Below, piece after piece: positions 38,799 to 48,897 of a stretch of 64,000 nucleotides of DNA; the stretch's first letter is position 1, and each line of letters begins with the position of its first letter. A model generated the notes under the pieces. That model made no database searches. It was not told where the DNA came from and saw only the letters and a list, made by a program, of their open reading frames with translations. Position numbers and translations under genes: made by a program. The stretch is from Syntrophales bacterium. Lineage in GTDB: Bacteria > Desulfobacterota > Syntrophia > Syntrophales > UBA2210. The DNA is taken from contig CAXXNF010000002.1 of NCBI GenBank assembly GCA_963666365.2, forward strand, positions 1,184,001 to 1,248,000, read 5' to 3'.

Positions 38799-40179
38799 CT
38801 ACATATTTTGTTGTTTTTTTATTGTCTGTACATCAATTTGGTATTTTTTTGTCCGGTGCCAGAGGCTTCTCTGGTTGATGCCGAGGAGCTGTGCCGCCCT
38901 TGATTGTATGCCTCCGGTCTTTTCAAGCGCCTCTAAGATAATTCTTTTTTCAAAATCTGCAAGGAGCTCATCGAGGCTCCTGCCCTCACGTTCCGGAAGA
39001 GCTTCGTCCACGTGGGACATCGACATGTCGTGCGCCTGTTCAAGGCTGTGCGCAAGCCCGACTGTTTCGATACGCCCGTCTTCCGCCATGACGGCGGCCC
39101 TCGAAAGGATGTTTTCCAATTCGCGGACATTGCCCGGCCATTGGTAGGTCATGAGCTCCCTCATCGCCCGGGGTGTCAATGTAGATTCGGCGGATGTCTT
39201 TTTTTATAAAATGATCGGCCAGGAAAGGAATATCTTCTACCCGCTCTCTCAATGGCGGCACGATAATGGAAAACACATTTAAACGGTAAAAAAGATCTTC
39301 CCGGAATGTTCCTTCCGCCACCATGCGTTGCAGGTCCTTATTTGACGCGGCGATGAAGCGGACATTTACGTTAATCGTCTGATTCCCGCCCACACGCTGA
39401 AATTCCCGGTTCTGCAACACACGAAGGAGCTTTGCCTGCGTTTCCAGCGGCATGTCGCCGATTTCGTCAAGAAACAACGTACCTTCATGGGCCAGTTCGA
39501 ACTTGCCCGGTTTTCGCGCCGTTGCCCCGGTAAAGGCGCCTTTTTCATGACCGAAGAGTTCGCTCTCCAGAAGGCCTGAAGGAATAGCCACACAGTTGAG
39601 TTTTATGAAGGGTTTACCTCTTCTTCCGCTCTCCTGATAGAGTGCGTCCGCCACAAGTTCTTTGCCGACGCCGCTTTCGCCGAGAATAAGCACCGTCGTA
39701 TCGGTGGGCGCCACTTTCACGATCTGGCTAAGAACGTTCCGCAGTGCCCGGCTTTGACCGATTATAGTCGGAAATCGTTCATGGGCGTCGACTTTGCTGA
39801 TAAGATTGGTCACTTCCCGAAACACATAGTCGAAGTGGCCGATATCGTCCTGTTTCCGAAGTGCCGTTTCCGCTTCCGGAGGCGCCTTGGGGAAGGCGGG
39901 GGATGCTTCCGCCGCTTTGATGAACCTGCGAATCGGTCGTAATATAATAACGGTAATAATCACGGAGAAGAAGGCGGTTATACCCGCTACTATGGCCCCC
40001 AGGAGCATGAGCTGGGTCATTGACGCCCTGCCCGTATAGTGGGCAATGATGAAGATCAGGACGGCAAGCCCGGTGAATATGAAGGGAACCAGGACAAGCA
40101 GGCTGACGTGATAGGGAGACGGTCCCGTGAGACGTTTTTTTATATATTGAATTGTGCTGCGAATGGTACTCACCCTCAC
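38799..40179 (-). pseudogene. Membrane-anchored sigma54-dependent activator, split by a 1-nt frameshift
   Basis: Two N-terminal TMs, GESGVGKE, GAFTGA, FLDEIGD, DLFYRL; WPGNVREL and the Fis-HTH lie in another frame after the A7 tract at 39199-39205. Confidence 0.85.
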
Positions 40180-40243
40180 CCCAACCCTCTCCCATCAAGG
40201 GAGAGGGAGATCCGTTTTGGTGCCCTCTCCCATCAAGGGAGGG
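40170..40243. repeat. CCCTCTCCCATCAAGGGAG REP-like hairpins (two copies)
   Basis: Palindromic direct repeats overlapping the activator start region. Confidence 0.7.
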
Positions 40244-40276
40244 GGTTTTCTTTCTGCGCTCTTACCCCCGGGAATT

Positions 40277-41497
40277 TTACCGTGCCATTTTTGTCAGATC
40301 CCACATGGGCAGGAATATGGCCAGGGCGAAGAATCCCACCACCCCTGCCAGGCCCACGATGAGGATCGGTCCGATCAGATCGGACAGCTGTTTGATCTGA
40401 TAGGATACCTCGTCATCGTAGTGCATTGCCACCTGATGCAGCATCTCGTCAAGGGCCCCCGTTTCTTCTCCCACGGAGACCATATCCACCACCATGGGGG
40501 TAAAGTAGCGCGCGCCCCGCAGCGGATTTGAGATACCCCTCCCTTCTTCGACCAGGTCTCTGATTCTGTCGAATTCCCGGGATATGGCATCATTGCCGAT
40601 TGTGCCCGAGAGAATATCCAGTGAACTGAGGACGGGGATGCCGCTTGCCTGCAGGATGGAGAATATACTGGCAAATCGGGCCATGGCCGCCTTTTGGTAC
40701 AGCGGTCCCACAATGGGCACCCGCAACAGGAGCCGGTCGCGCAGGAGGCGCCCCTGCTGCGTTTTCACGTAATATCGGTATCCCATGACAACAGCGATAA
40801 TTGCTATGATGAATACATACCAGTAGTTGATCAGCGCATGGGACAGCACCAGGCAGATCTTCGTGGGAAGGGGGAGTTCCAGTCCCGCTTTTTGAAATAT
40901 GGTCACGAATTTGGGGACCACGAAATAGAGCAGCACCACAAAGGCAATCCCCAGGGCCAGCACGACGATTTTGGGATACTGCATGGCGGCCTTGATGTCC
41001 GACTTGACCTTATGTTCGTGTTCGAGAATGTAGGCAAGCCTGTCCAGCACGTCGGGCAGGGTGCCGCTGGTTTCTCCGGCATTGATCATGTTGACGTACA
41101 GCGACGACAGGAGTTTTTCATGCTTGCGAAAGGCATCCGTCAACGACCGCCCTTCCTTGATATCGATGGCGATGGTGGCCAGCATATTTTTAAGTCGTTC
41201 GTTCTGCGTCTGGTGCTGAAGGATCTCCAGAAGCTGGACCACCGAAAGGCCGGCGGCAAGCATCGTCTTGAACTGTTTTGTCATCAGGATGATTTCTTCA
41301 GGCTTGACGCTTGCGAACCGTGCCAGCAATCCGCCCTTCGAGGCGCTTTCACCGCCCTTTTTGACCGGTGCGACCCTTGAAGGAATAAATCCCTGGGCGC
41401 TCAACATTTTGTTTGCCATATCGAGGGATTCGGCTTCGATGACGCCCGCTACGGAAGCGCCGCTTTGATTGATGGCTTTGTAGGAAAAGCTTGGCAT
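40277..41497 (-). CDS. pilC: PilC/GspF/MshG platform protein
   Basis: AGETSGTL, AAMQYP, VGEETGALDEML, AIFLPMW. Confidence 0.92.
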   Translation of the reverse strand: MPSFSYKAINQSGASVAGVIEAESLDMANKMLSAQGFIPSRVAPVKKGGESASKGGLLARFASVKPEEIILMTKQFKTMLAAGLSVVQLLEILQHQTQNERLKNMLATIAIDIKEGRSLTDAFRKHEKLLSSLYVNMINAGETSGTLPDVLDRLAYILEHEHKVKSDIKAAMQYPKIVVLALGIAFVVLLYFVVPKFVTIFQKAGLELPLPTKICLVLSHALINYWYVFIIAIIAVVMGYRYYVKTQQGRLLRDRLLLRVPIVGPLYQKAAMARFASIFSILQASGIPVLSSLDILSGTIGNDAISREFDRIRDLVEEGRGISNPLRGARYFTPMVVDMVSVGEETGALDEMLHQVAMHYDDEVSYQIKQLSDLIGPILIVGLAGVVGFFALAIFLPMWDLTKMAR

Positions 41498-41548
41498 AGT
41501 GTCTCTCTGTGTAGTGCTGTTATTAGTTTATCACCCCCACCCCCACCC

Positions 41549-41660
41549 TCCCCCATCAAGGGGGAGGGAGTATGGATAGTGCAACCCGCCCCTATCAAGG
41601 GGGGAGGAGTAAGGATGGTGCAATCCGCCCCCATCAAGGGGGGAGGAGTAAGGATGATAC
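41549..41660 (+). repeat. Three ~39-bp tandem REP-derived units
   Basis: CCCCATCAAGGGGGGAGGAGTAAGGATGGTGCAATCCG-like unit x3. Confidence 0.8.
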
Positions 41661-41808
41661 GAGACCTTTGCAGGACCTCATAAAATCGTCAATTTCGTCA
41701 TACCGGCAGGTCCCTGATCAAGTCCGGGAGGTATCCAGTTTTTTCAAGCACTTTCTGGATTCCGGGTCAAGCCCGGAATGACAGAAAAGGAAATTATGCA
41801 AAGGTCTC
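41661..41808 (+). mobile_element. IS5-end MITE
   Basis: GAGACCTTTGCA..TGCAAAGGTCTC; flanks GATAC/GGTGC (degenerate TSD). Confidence 0.9.
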
Positions 41809-41958
41809 GGTGCGCCTCCCATCAAGAGGTTTCTTGTACAACCATCATCCGTCGAGGAAGAGGAAGTTTTTTTCTGCACCTCCCCCTCCCTTTCATCTTT
41901 TCCCCCCGGGGGAGAGGAAAATCTGGAAAGGGAAATTACTGACGAGGGCGATTTTCAC

Positions 41959-43671
41959 TTATTCCAGATTCATGACCTTCGAGGCCGCTTCTTCCAGTGT
42001 GGTGATTCCGCGTGCGACCTTTTCGGCGGCATCATCTTTTAACATGCGAAGCTTGCCCGCACTCACGGCCGCCTTGGTAATTTCCTGCGCTGAGGCGCCC
42101 CGCAGTATCATCTCCTGTATGTCATCATCAACGCGAAGCACCTCGAAGACACCCGTCCGTCCGCGATATCCCGTGTTCATGCACTGCGGACATCCCCGTC
42201 CCCTCTGGAAGTTCGGATTTTCCACCTTATCGAGCCCCCAGGCGACAAGTGCCTTTTCCGGCGGCCGATAGGGTTCTCTGCAATAGGGACACACAGTGCG
42301 CACAAGCCGCTGCGCAAAGGATATCAGCAGCACCGACGACACAAGAAAGGGCTCGATCCCCATGTCCACAAATCGTGTGATGGCGCCGGCGGCGTCGTTG
42401 GTGTGGACCGTGCTGAACACACGGTGCCCCGTAAGAGCGGCCTGTGTGGCGATTCCCGCCGTTTCTCCGTCCCGTATTTCTCCCACCATGATCACGTCGG
42501 GGTCCTGGCGAAGAATCGACCGTAGTCCGCTCGCAAAGGTCATACCCGCTTTTCGGTTCAGCTGTACCTGACGGATATTTTCCATGCGATATTCCACGGG
42601 ATCTTCCAGTGTAATAATATTCACATCAGGCGTGTTAATCTCGTTCAGAATGGCATAAAGGCTGGTGCTTTTCCCGCTGCCCGTGGGGCCGGTGCTGAGG
42701 ACCATACCGTAGGGCTTGCTGACGGCCTTCGCGATTTTTTCCCGGTCTTCCTTCGACATGCCCAGCTTGTCCAGGCTGTAGACCTGGGCCCCCATGTCGA
42801 GAAGCCGCAGCACGATATTTTCGCCGAAAATCGTGGGAAGCGCCGACGCCCTCACGTTGATCTCCTTGTTGTCCATCTTGACGGTAAACCGGCCGTCTTG
42901 AGGAATGCGCGACATGGCGATGTCCATTCGCGAAAGAATTTTAATCCGGGAGATAATGGGCAGCACCATTGACTTGGGCGGCGCCGGCATTTCAACGAGT
43001 TTGCCGTCGATCCTGAATCGGAGGGACACGCTTTTCTCCTCGGGACTGATATGGACATCGCTCGCCTTGTCGTGAACGGCCTGGGCGATGATGGAGTTCA
43101 CCAGACGGATAACCGGCGCCTCTTCGGCCATATTCTGCAGCGAGCTGACCTGAAGATCACCGGTTGCCTCCCCTGCTTCTTCGCTTTCCACGTCAAGCTG
43201 AACATCGCCGATGTTCTCCATCAGCCCCATCATGCCCGACTGCGTGCCATAGGTGGCACTGATAAGCTGGCCGAGCTCTCTTGAGGAACATACGACGGCG
43301 GCCACTTCCATATTGGCCTGGGCCTCCAGGGCATCGATGGCGTTGATGTCCATGGGATCGGCCATGGCCACAGTGAGCAGATTAAATTTTTTTTTGAGCG
43401 GAACCGCCTGGTATTTCTGGGCCATTTCGAAGGGAATAAACTGCGCCATCGTCGGATCGCCCGGATATTTGTCCGTGTCGTACTTGTCAATTTTCAGCTG
43501 AATGCTGATCTGATCGATGATTTGCTCTTCGGTCACCATCCCCTGCTTGATGAGATACTCGCCAAGTTTGAGCCGCGCCTTTTTCTGGCCCGTCAGGGCT
43601 TGCTTCAGCTGATCTTCGCTGAGCAAACCCGCTTCTATCAGCATCTCGCCCAGCCGTTTTCTGATTCTCAT
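41959..43671 (-). CDS. pilB: PilB/MshE assembly ATPase with MshEN c-di-GMP-binding domain
   Basis: RLGEMLIEAGLLSEDQLKQALTGQ, GPTGSGKS, LRQDPDVIMVGEIRD, two CxxC motifs. Confidence 0.93.
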   Translation of the reverse strand: MRIRKRLGEMLIEAGLLSEDQLKQALTGQKKARLKLGEYLIKQGMVTEEQIIDQISIQLKIDKYDTDKYPGDPTMAQFIPFEMAQKYQAVPLKKKFNLLTVAMADPMDINAIDALEAQANMEVAAVVCSSRELGQLISATYGTQSGMMGLMENIGDVQLDVESEEAGEATGDLQVSSLQNMAEEAPVIRLVNSIIAQAVHDKASDVHISPEEKSVSLRFRIDGKLVEMPAPPKSMVLPIISRIKILSRMDIAMSRIPQDGRFTVKMDNKEINVRASALPTIFGENIVLRLLDMGAQVYSLDKLGMSKEDREKIAKAVSKPYGMVLSTGPTGSGKSTSLYAILNEINTPDVNIITLEDPVEYRMENIRQVQLNRKAGMTFASGLRSILRQDPDVIMVGEIRDGETAGIATQAALTGHRVFSTVHTNDAAGAITRFVDMGIEPFLVSSVLLISFAQRLVRTVCPYCREPYRPPEKALVAWGLDKVENPNFQRGRGCPQCMNTGYRGRTGVFEVLRVDDDIQEMILRGASAQEITKAAVSAGKLRMLKDDAAEKVARGITTLEEAASKVMNLE

Positions 43672-43780
43672 TAGAGTCCTTTGCTCACTGTCTATGCGTA
43701 AAATTCCCCCTCCCCTTCATCCCCTCCCACCAGGGGAGGGGAAAAGAGGGGGGAAACATCTTCATCTTCTGGTAAAAAGC

Positions 43781-43924
43781 GAGACCTTTGCAGAACCTCA
43801 TAAAATCGTCAATTTCGTCATACCGGCAGGTCCCTGATCAAGTCCGGGAGGTATCCAGTCTTTTCAAGCACTTTCTGGATTCCGGGTCAAGCCCAGACAG
43901 AAAAGAAAATTATGCAAAGGTCTC
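43781..43924 (+). mobile_element. IS5-end MITE, TSD AAAGC
   Basis: Same ends; AAAGC on both flanks. Confidence 0.9.
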
Positions 43925-43956
43925 AAAGCATCGTACCAACGAGGGGTGAGGCATCT

Positions 43957-45723
43957 TCACCTTCTGGTAAAGAACACCGTGCCCGGGGTCCATTCCGCAA
44001 TAATTTTTCCTTCAGCGGCAATTTCGGAAGGCACCGCCTCAAGCGCACGTTTCGCTTCAGCTTCATCATTAAAATCATTCTTCAACAGCAGGGAAAATTG
44101 AAGCCCTCTTTCACTCCAGTGCGGCAGCATCGTCACTGGAAATACCCCTGCTTTATAGCGCCGATATGCCCGCAACGCCTTTTCAAGGTCTGTAAATCGT
44201 GCAATCTCAACATGATAGCGTTCTCCCGTCGCCTTTATTGAAGGTTGCGCCGGGATCGTGGGAACATTGACGATATCTCCTGCCACAATTTTGTCAAGAT
44301 TTTTTATATGCGGGTTCACGTCAGCAACCAGGCGCATCATCCTCACATTACATCTGCCGTAAATATCTTCAATAATCGTCCACACAAAGGCATCCTGGAC
44401 CACTTTTACTTGCCCGAGGAGCGCAGGATAGGATAGGCGGCTCGCCATCGCTTCCTTTTCACTCACCGGCACGGCAGTTATCTTTGCGGCTGCCTCCTGC
44501 GGCACATCGACGGCCCCAGTAGGTGTGCCGCCCGCACTGGAGGCGAGTATCTCCCCTTCGGCCGGCACAACATCTTGTGCTGCTTCGACCGGTTTTACCG
44601 GTGGGGTACTCTCCCGTGCCTCGGGTGCCGGCGCTGGTACCAGGACCTTCGGTTCTTTCGGCGGCGGCGCTGTTGCTGCCTTTTCGACGGGAGAGTGCGA
44701 GGGCGTAGCAGCTTTCACGACATCGCTTTGCCTGTCTGTCGTTTTTTGTGTTACCTGTGCATAATCGGCCCGCGTCCCCCCGGGAAAGAGCGCGTTAAGA
44801 TAGCCCCGTTCGAACACAACCATGAGCAGAATCAGCACCAGTCCTGCAAGAATTGCCGTTTTGGCCCAGGGCGCTCCGGCCGGCCTGTTGTCTCCCTCTG
44901 ATACCCTTCGGGCAATGGATTTGACCAGTGCCGCACCGGCCTTTGTTTTGTTCTGAATAATGAGCGTTAGAAGGATCTGGTGGCACAGCTTCACGATCTT
45001 TCGCGGATATCCACCCGTCGCCTTGTATAACTGGCGCATGGCGCCCCCGGTAAACTGAACGGGAATTTCTTTCCCCCGCTCCATGGCCTGCTCGATGCGA
45101 AAGAGAACCATGGCTTTTGTATCGTGAAAATTCAGCGGCCCCAGACTGTAACTGAGATTTATACGGTCGGCGATTCCGGAGTTCCGTGCCAGTATGTCTC
45201 GAAACTCTTCCTGCGCGAATATCACTATTTGAAGGAGCTTGTACTCGTTTGTCTCATAATTGAGAAATTCTCTGAGCGTTTCGAGACAAAAGTCGGGAAT
45301 CTTCTGTCCTTCGTCGATAATCAGAACCACAATTCTTGACTTTTCAACGGCCTCGTCAAAAAGATATTTTTTTACGCGCTCCCGAAGCTGCCAGTCGGTC
45401 AGGGCCGTTTCGCTCTCTTCGATCAACCCGAACATCTCGGCTATGGAAATGATAAACTCGCGTTCGGTGCTGAAATGAGGATCCAGGAGCAGGTGCGTTG
45501 CCACCTCGTCATCGCTCGCAAATTTTCTGATAAGCTGTCGTGAAAGGGTGGTCTTTCCCGTCCCCACATCGCCGAGTACGACATTAAGCCCCCTCCGGAT
45601 ACGGATCGCCAGCTCGAGTTTCTGCAGACACTCCACATGGTGCGGCGACTCGTAGAAAAACTCCGGTTCCGGCGAATTCGAAAAGGGCTCCCGGGTAAGA
45701 TTGAGGATTTTATAATATTCCAT
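43957..45723 (-). CDS. ExeA/MshM-like ATPase with TM, Pro/Ala linker and periplasmic LysM/SPOR-like region
   Basis: EPFSNSPEPEFFY, GDVGTGKTT, IIDEGQ, TGGYPRKI; NPHIKNLDKIVAGD. Confidence 0.85.
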   Translation of the reverse strand: MEYYKILNLTREPFSNSPEPEFFYESPHHVECLQKLELAIRIRRGLNVVLGDVGTGKTTLSRQLIRKFASDDEVATHLLLDPHFSTEREFIISIAEMFGLIEESETALTDWQLRERVKKYLFDEAVEKSRIVVLIIDEGQKIPDFCLETLREFLNYETNEYKLLQIVIFAQEEFRDILARNSGIADRINLSYSLGPLNFHDTKAMVLFRIEQAMERGKEIPVQFTGGAMRQLYKATGGYPRKIVKLCHQILLTLIIQNKTKAGAALVKSIARRVSEGDNRPAGAPWAKTAILAGLVLILLMVVFERGYLNALFPGGTRADYAQVTQKTTDRQSDVVKAATPSHSPVEKAATAPPPKEPKVLVPAPAPEARESTPPVKPVEAAQDVVPAEGEILASSAGGTPTGAVDVPQEAAAKITAVPVSEKEAMASRLSYPALLGQVKVVQDAFVWTIIEDIYGRCNVRMMRLVADVNPHIKNLDKIVAGDIVNVPTIPAQPSIKATGERYHVEIARFTDLEKALRAYRRYKAGVFPVTMLPHWSERGLQFSLLLKNDFNDEAEAKRALEAVPSEIAAEGKIIAEWTPGTVFFTRR

Positions 45724-45813
45724 GGTTTACCGACCACACAGTGTATCCGTTATTTTGATGCCTGCGTACAAAAATCATATTCCTTATGCGCCGTAATGCC
45801 CTTTCAAGGGAGT

Positions 45814-45965
45814 GAGACCTGGGTTGCAGAACCTCATCACATCGTCAATTTCGTTATACCGGCAGATCCCGGATCAAGTCCCGGGAGGTATCCATTTTTT
45901 TCACGCACTTTCTGGATTCCGGGTCAAGCCCGGAATGACAGAACAGGGTAGTATGCAAAGGCCTC
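45814..45965 (+). mobile_element. IS5-end MITE, TSD GGAGT
   Basis: GAGACCTGGGTTGCA..TGCAAAGGCCTC; GGAGT on both flanks. Confidence 0.88.
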
Positions 45966-46007
45966 GGAGTATCTCGGCCAAGGCATTCTCATGACACATG
46001 ATATCAA

Positions 46008-46253
46008 GAGATTGCCGCGCTCCCTCCGGTCGCTCGCAATGACAGGCTTCGCGTCTTTGCGAGGTATGCAGCAACGAAGGAATCTCGCCGCTCCCGTTGT
46101 CATTTCGAGAAGCGACGAAGTAATCGCTACCTCCGCTTTGTCTTTGCGAAGAGCGCAGCGATGAAGCAATCTCATCGCACACCAACATTGCGAGTTTGCC
46201 GCAGCCCCCTAGCCCTTCCCACTTTTTCCACTTTTCCTACTTTCCTTACTTTC
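46008..46253. repeat. Cluster of GTC(A/T)TTGCGA..GCAATCTC REP-like units plus 9-bp tandem repeats
   Basis: About four degenerate units; CCACTTTTT/CTACTTTCC nonamers at 46218-46253. Confidence 0.65.
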
Positions 46254-46255
46254 CT

Positions 46256-47809
46256 CTACGACGCATCTTTCGCCACTCCCGTATCCAGGATGCGAGGCGT
46301 AATAAATATCAGGACTTCTTCCAGATTCATGGCCTTGTCTTCCCCCTTGAAAAGCCATCCCAGTATGGGAATGTCCATCAACAGGGGAACGCCCTTGTCC
46401 CCTTTGGATTCTCTCGTCTTGCTCAGGCCCGATATGACGATTGTCTCACCGTCTCTGACAATCAACATGGTGTCGGTACGTTTTTTTATGATAAAAGGGT
46501 TCCCCTGCACATCCCGCGATGTGTCTACTTCATCCTTATTGACGACGATTTTCATCTTCAGATTCGACCCGTCAATGACGTGGGGGGTAATCTCAAGGCG
46601 CAGCACCGCATCTTCAAAGGCCACTTCCTGATCGCCGTCTTCGTTAATGGTGACATAGGGCACCCGCTCCCCGTTTTCGGTAAAGGCAGTCTGATTGTCA
46701 AGGGTGGTAATCGAGGGACTTGAAAGGATGTTGAGCTTTCCCTGCGTCTCAAGCGCCTGAAGCTGCACATCGAGGACACTGCCGCCGACTTTCCACAAAG
46801 TAAGACCCAGTGATGCCAGGCCACCCGCAGTCTGAGCCGTGATATCTTCAACGGGGAAATTTACACCATAATTGTTCTCCGATTGCGTACCTCTCACGTT
46901 GTACAAGGTGTCATTGATCGTATTCGTATAACTCCCTCCCCACTGGATGCCCAGGCTTCTGGCGGTGTCACGGGTCGTTTCCACTATGTTCGCCTCAATG
47001 CGGATCTGGGGCGTGGGCCGGTCGATTTTCTGTATCATGGGCACGATGCGCGCCATGTCATCGTCGGTCGCCTGCACGATCAGCGAATTCGTATGCGTGT
47101 TCACCTGAATCGAACCGTAGGGCTTATCTTTTTCATCCTTTACAAGCAACGTCTCCAGGCTGGTTTTCAGCTTCTCCGCATCGGCATAATCGATGGAAAA
47201 TACTTTCGTCTGAAGAGGCGACATTTTCATGCGAAGCAGCTCGCTCGCGCGCTTTTTCTCTCGAAACGTTTCCATTTTCAATTCGTCTTCCATGTCCTGC
47301 ATGGTGACGACTCGTATGATATCCCCCTCCCATACATAGGTCAGCATCTGAGAACGCATGATGCTTAAAAAGGCCTCGTCCCAGGGAACCTTGTTGAAAT
47401 CGACGCTGATTTTCCCTTGCAGCCCGTCCTTGATAAGTATGTTCTGGTGTGCCGACCGCGCAAGCGCCCGCAGAATTGTGCTCACTTCGGCATTGCGCAT
47501 CTTGAGACTGACCACAGCCCTGGGCAGCGATTTGAGGGTGCTTTTTTGCGCCTCCTCTGTCGATGCGGCGCTCTTCACCGCGGCCTCAGCGTCCTTCTTC
47601 CCGGGCACTTCGTAGGTCCTTTCTCTCGGCGCCGGTGATGTCCCCTGTTTTTCCCGTGCCATCACACGCCACTTCTCAAAAAAGGGATCTTTTACCGCCT
47701 CTTTCTGTGCGGCGCACCCCGCCAGCGCGAACCAGGCAAAAGTCGCGCACAGACAAAGCACAGGCCATCTCTTTGCGGTGAACAATTTCAATATATTCCT
47801 CCTTGACAC
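46256..47809 (-). CDS. pilQ: PilQ secretin (lipoprotein-like signal)
   Basis: LAGC lipobox, VPWDEAF, QIRIEANIVET, GVPLLMDIPILGWLFK. Confidence 0.92.
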   Translation of the reverse strand: MSRRNILKLFTAKRWPVLCLCATFAWFALAGCAAQKEAVKDPFFEKWRVMAREKQGTSPAPRERTYEVPGKKDAEAAVKSAASTEEAQKSTLKSLPRAVVSLKMRNAEVSTILRALARSAHQNILIKDGLQGKISVDFNKVPWDEAFLSIMRSQMLTYVWEGDIIRVVTMQDMEDELKMETFREKKRASELLRMKMSPLQTKVFSIDYADAEKLKTSLETLLVKDEKDKPYGSIQVNTHTNSLIVQATDDDMARIVPMIQKIDRPTPQIRIEANIVETTRDTARSLGIQWGGSYTNTINDTLYNVRGTQSENNYGVNFPVEDITAQTAGGLASLGLTLWKVGGSVLDVQLQALETQGKLNILSSPSITTLDNQTAFTENGERVPYVTINEDGDQEVAFEDAVLRLEITPHVIDGSNLKMKIVVNKDEVDTSRDVQGNPFIIKKRTDTMLIVRDGETIVISGLSKTRESKGDKGVPLLMDIPILGWLFKGEDKAMNLEEVLIFITPRILDTGVAKDAS

Positions 47810-47819
47810 GGAACCTCAT

Positions 47820-48332
47820 CTATTCTTCAACAAAGGGCACCGTAATCTTCCGCTGCCCTTCTTTGTCCTCGATAACCACCTCTGAGGGAGCAATGCCGAC
47901 AAGGGTATAACCCGGCAGTTCGAGCGCCTCGCCCACCCGGTAATCGACACCGTTGATAATCGCAAGCCGCACACCCCCCTCGTGGTCTATATAGCCGGTA
48001 TATTTCAGGTTCGGTCCCTCGTCTGCGGCTTTTTCTTTTTTCTCGTCCTTCGTGGAAGATCCCACATAAAAGGGATCACTCACCCACGCCTTTTGTGCAT
48101 TGTTCATAATATAGGCATCCAGTGACGATTGTTTGCTTTCCTTGAGCGCAACGGCCACGGTGGTTACCAGTGTATCGAGCTGGGTCATCTCCTGTGTTCG
48201 CGAAACCGCGGGTTTCTTCGCCGGTTTCGATTTTTGTGCCGAAGGCTCCAAAAAGAGGGCATACACGGCGTACAGTATCGCGACAGCCATAATCGCCAGG
48301 ATGATCTTTTCCCTCTTGCCTATTTTCTTCAT
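47820..48332 (-). CDS. PilP/MshK-like pilus assembly protein
   Basis: N-terminal TM, DPF motif, LAIING; position between pilO and pilQ. Confidence 0.65.
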   Translation of the reverse strand: MKKIGKREKIILAIMAVAILYAVYALFLEPSAQKSKPAKKPAVSRTQEMTQLDTLVTTVAVALKESKQSSLDAYIMNNAQKAWVSDPFYVGSSTKDEKKEKAADEGPNLKYTGYIDHEGGVRLAIINGVDYRVGEALELPGYTLVGIAPSEVVIEDKEGQRKITVPFVEE

Positions 48333-48348
48333 TGCCCTACAATCCTTT

Positions 48349-48891
48349 TTATTCCACCGCCAGCCACAGTTTGATCGTGATTTCTTTTTCCTCGTCTCCG
48401 TTCTTGACCTGTATTTCTTCCACAGTCGTCAAATAGGGAATTTTGGCCACCCGGTACAGAAAATCCCGAAGGGACGGGAAGGGTCCCCTGATCACGGCGT
48501 CCGCTGAAATCAGGCCCGGATTCTCCTGCAACGCCGCCAGATCCGGTTTTACCGTTACCACCTTCAATCCCGCCGCTTCGGCGTGCGCCCTGATCACCGA
48601 AAGGATCGTATCTATCTGCGACTTCGGAAGCGTTGTCCTTGCCGAAACAATCAGCTCCTGCGGAAGCTCCGCTTTTTTCCTCGATGCAAGCTGCTGGTAA
48701 AGGGGCAGCAATTTATTCTGCTTTTCTATTTTGAACCGCAGGTCCTCGATGCGGCTTTCATAGCCATCCATCGATTTCAATGCCGGGTTAATCCATAGAA
48801 AGAAAAACGCCGCCAGCACCAGTGCGCTGAGCCCTCCAAGGATAACTATCCCGCTGCGCTCCTGAACTTTTAGTGTCGCTCCCTTTAGCAT
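48349..48891 (-). CDS. pilO: PilO/GspM-like alignment protein
   Basis: TM, coiled coil, GPFPSLRDFLYRV; operon position. Confidence 0.7.
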   Translation of the reverse strand: MLKGATLKVQERSGIVILGGLSALVLAAFFFLWINPALKSMDGYESRIEDLRFKIEKQNKLLPLYQQLASRKKAELPQELIVSARTTLPKSQIDTILSVIRAHAEAAGLKVVTVKPDLAALQENPGLISADAVIRGPFPSLRDFLYRVAKIPYLTTVEEIQVKNGDEEKEITIKLWLAVE

Positions 48892-48897
48892 GATTCC

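Noticed and set aside
41549..41660. Mini CRISPR array
   Set aside because: The intervening sequences are near-identical, so this is a tandem repeat of a REP hairpin
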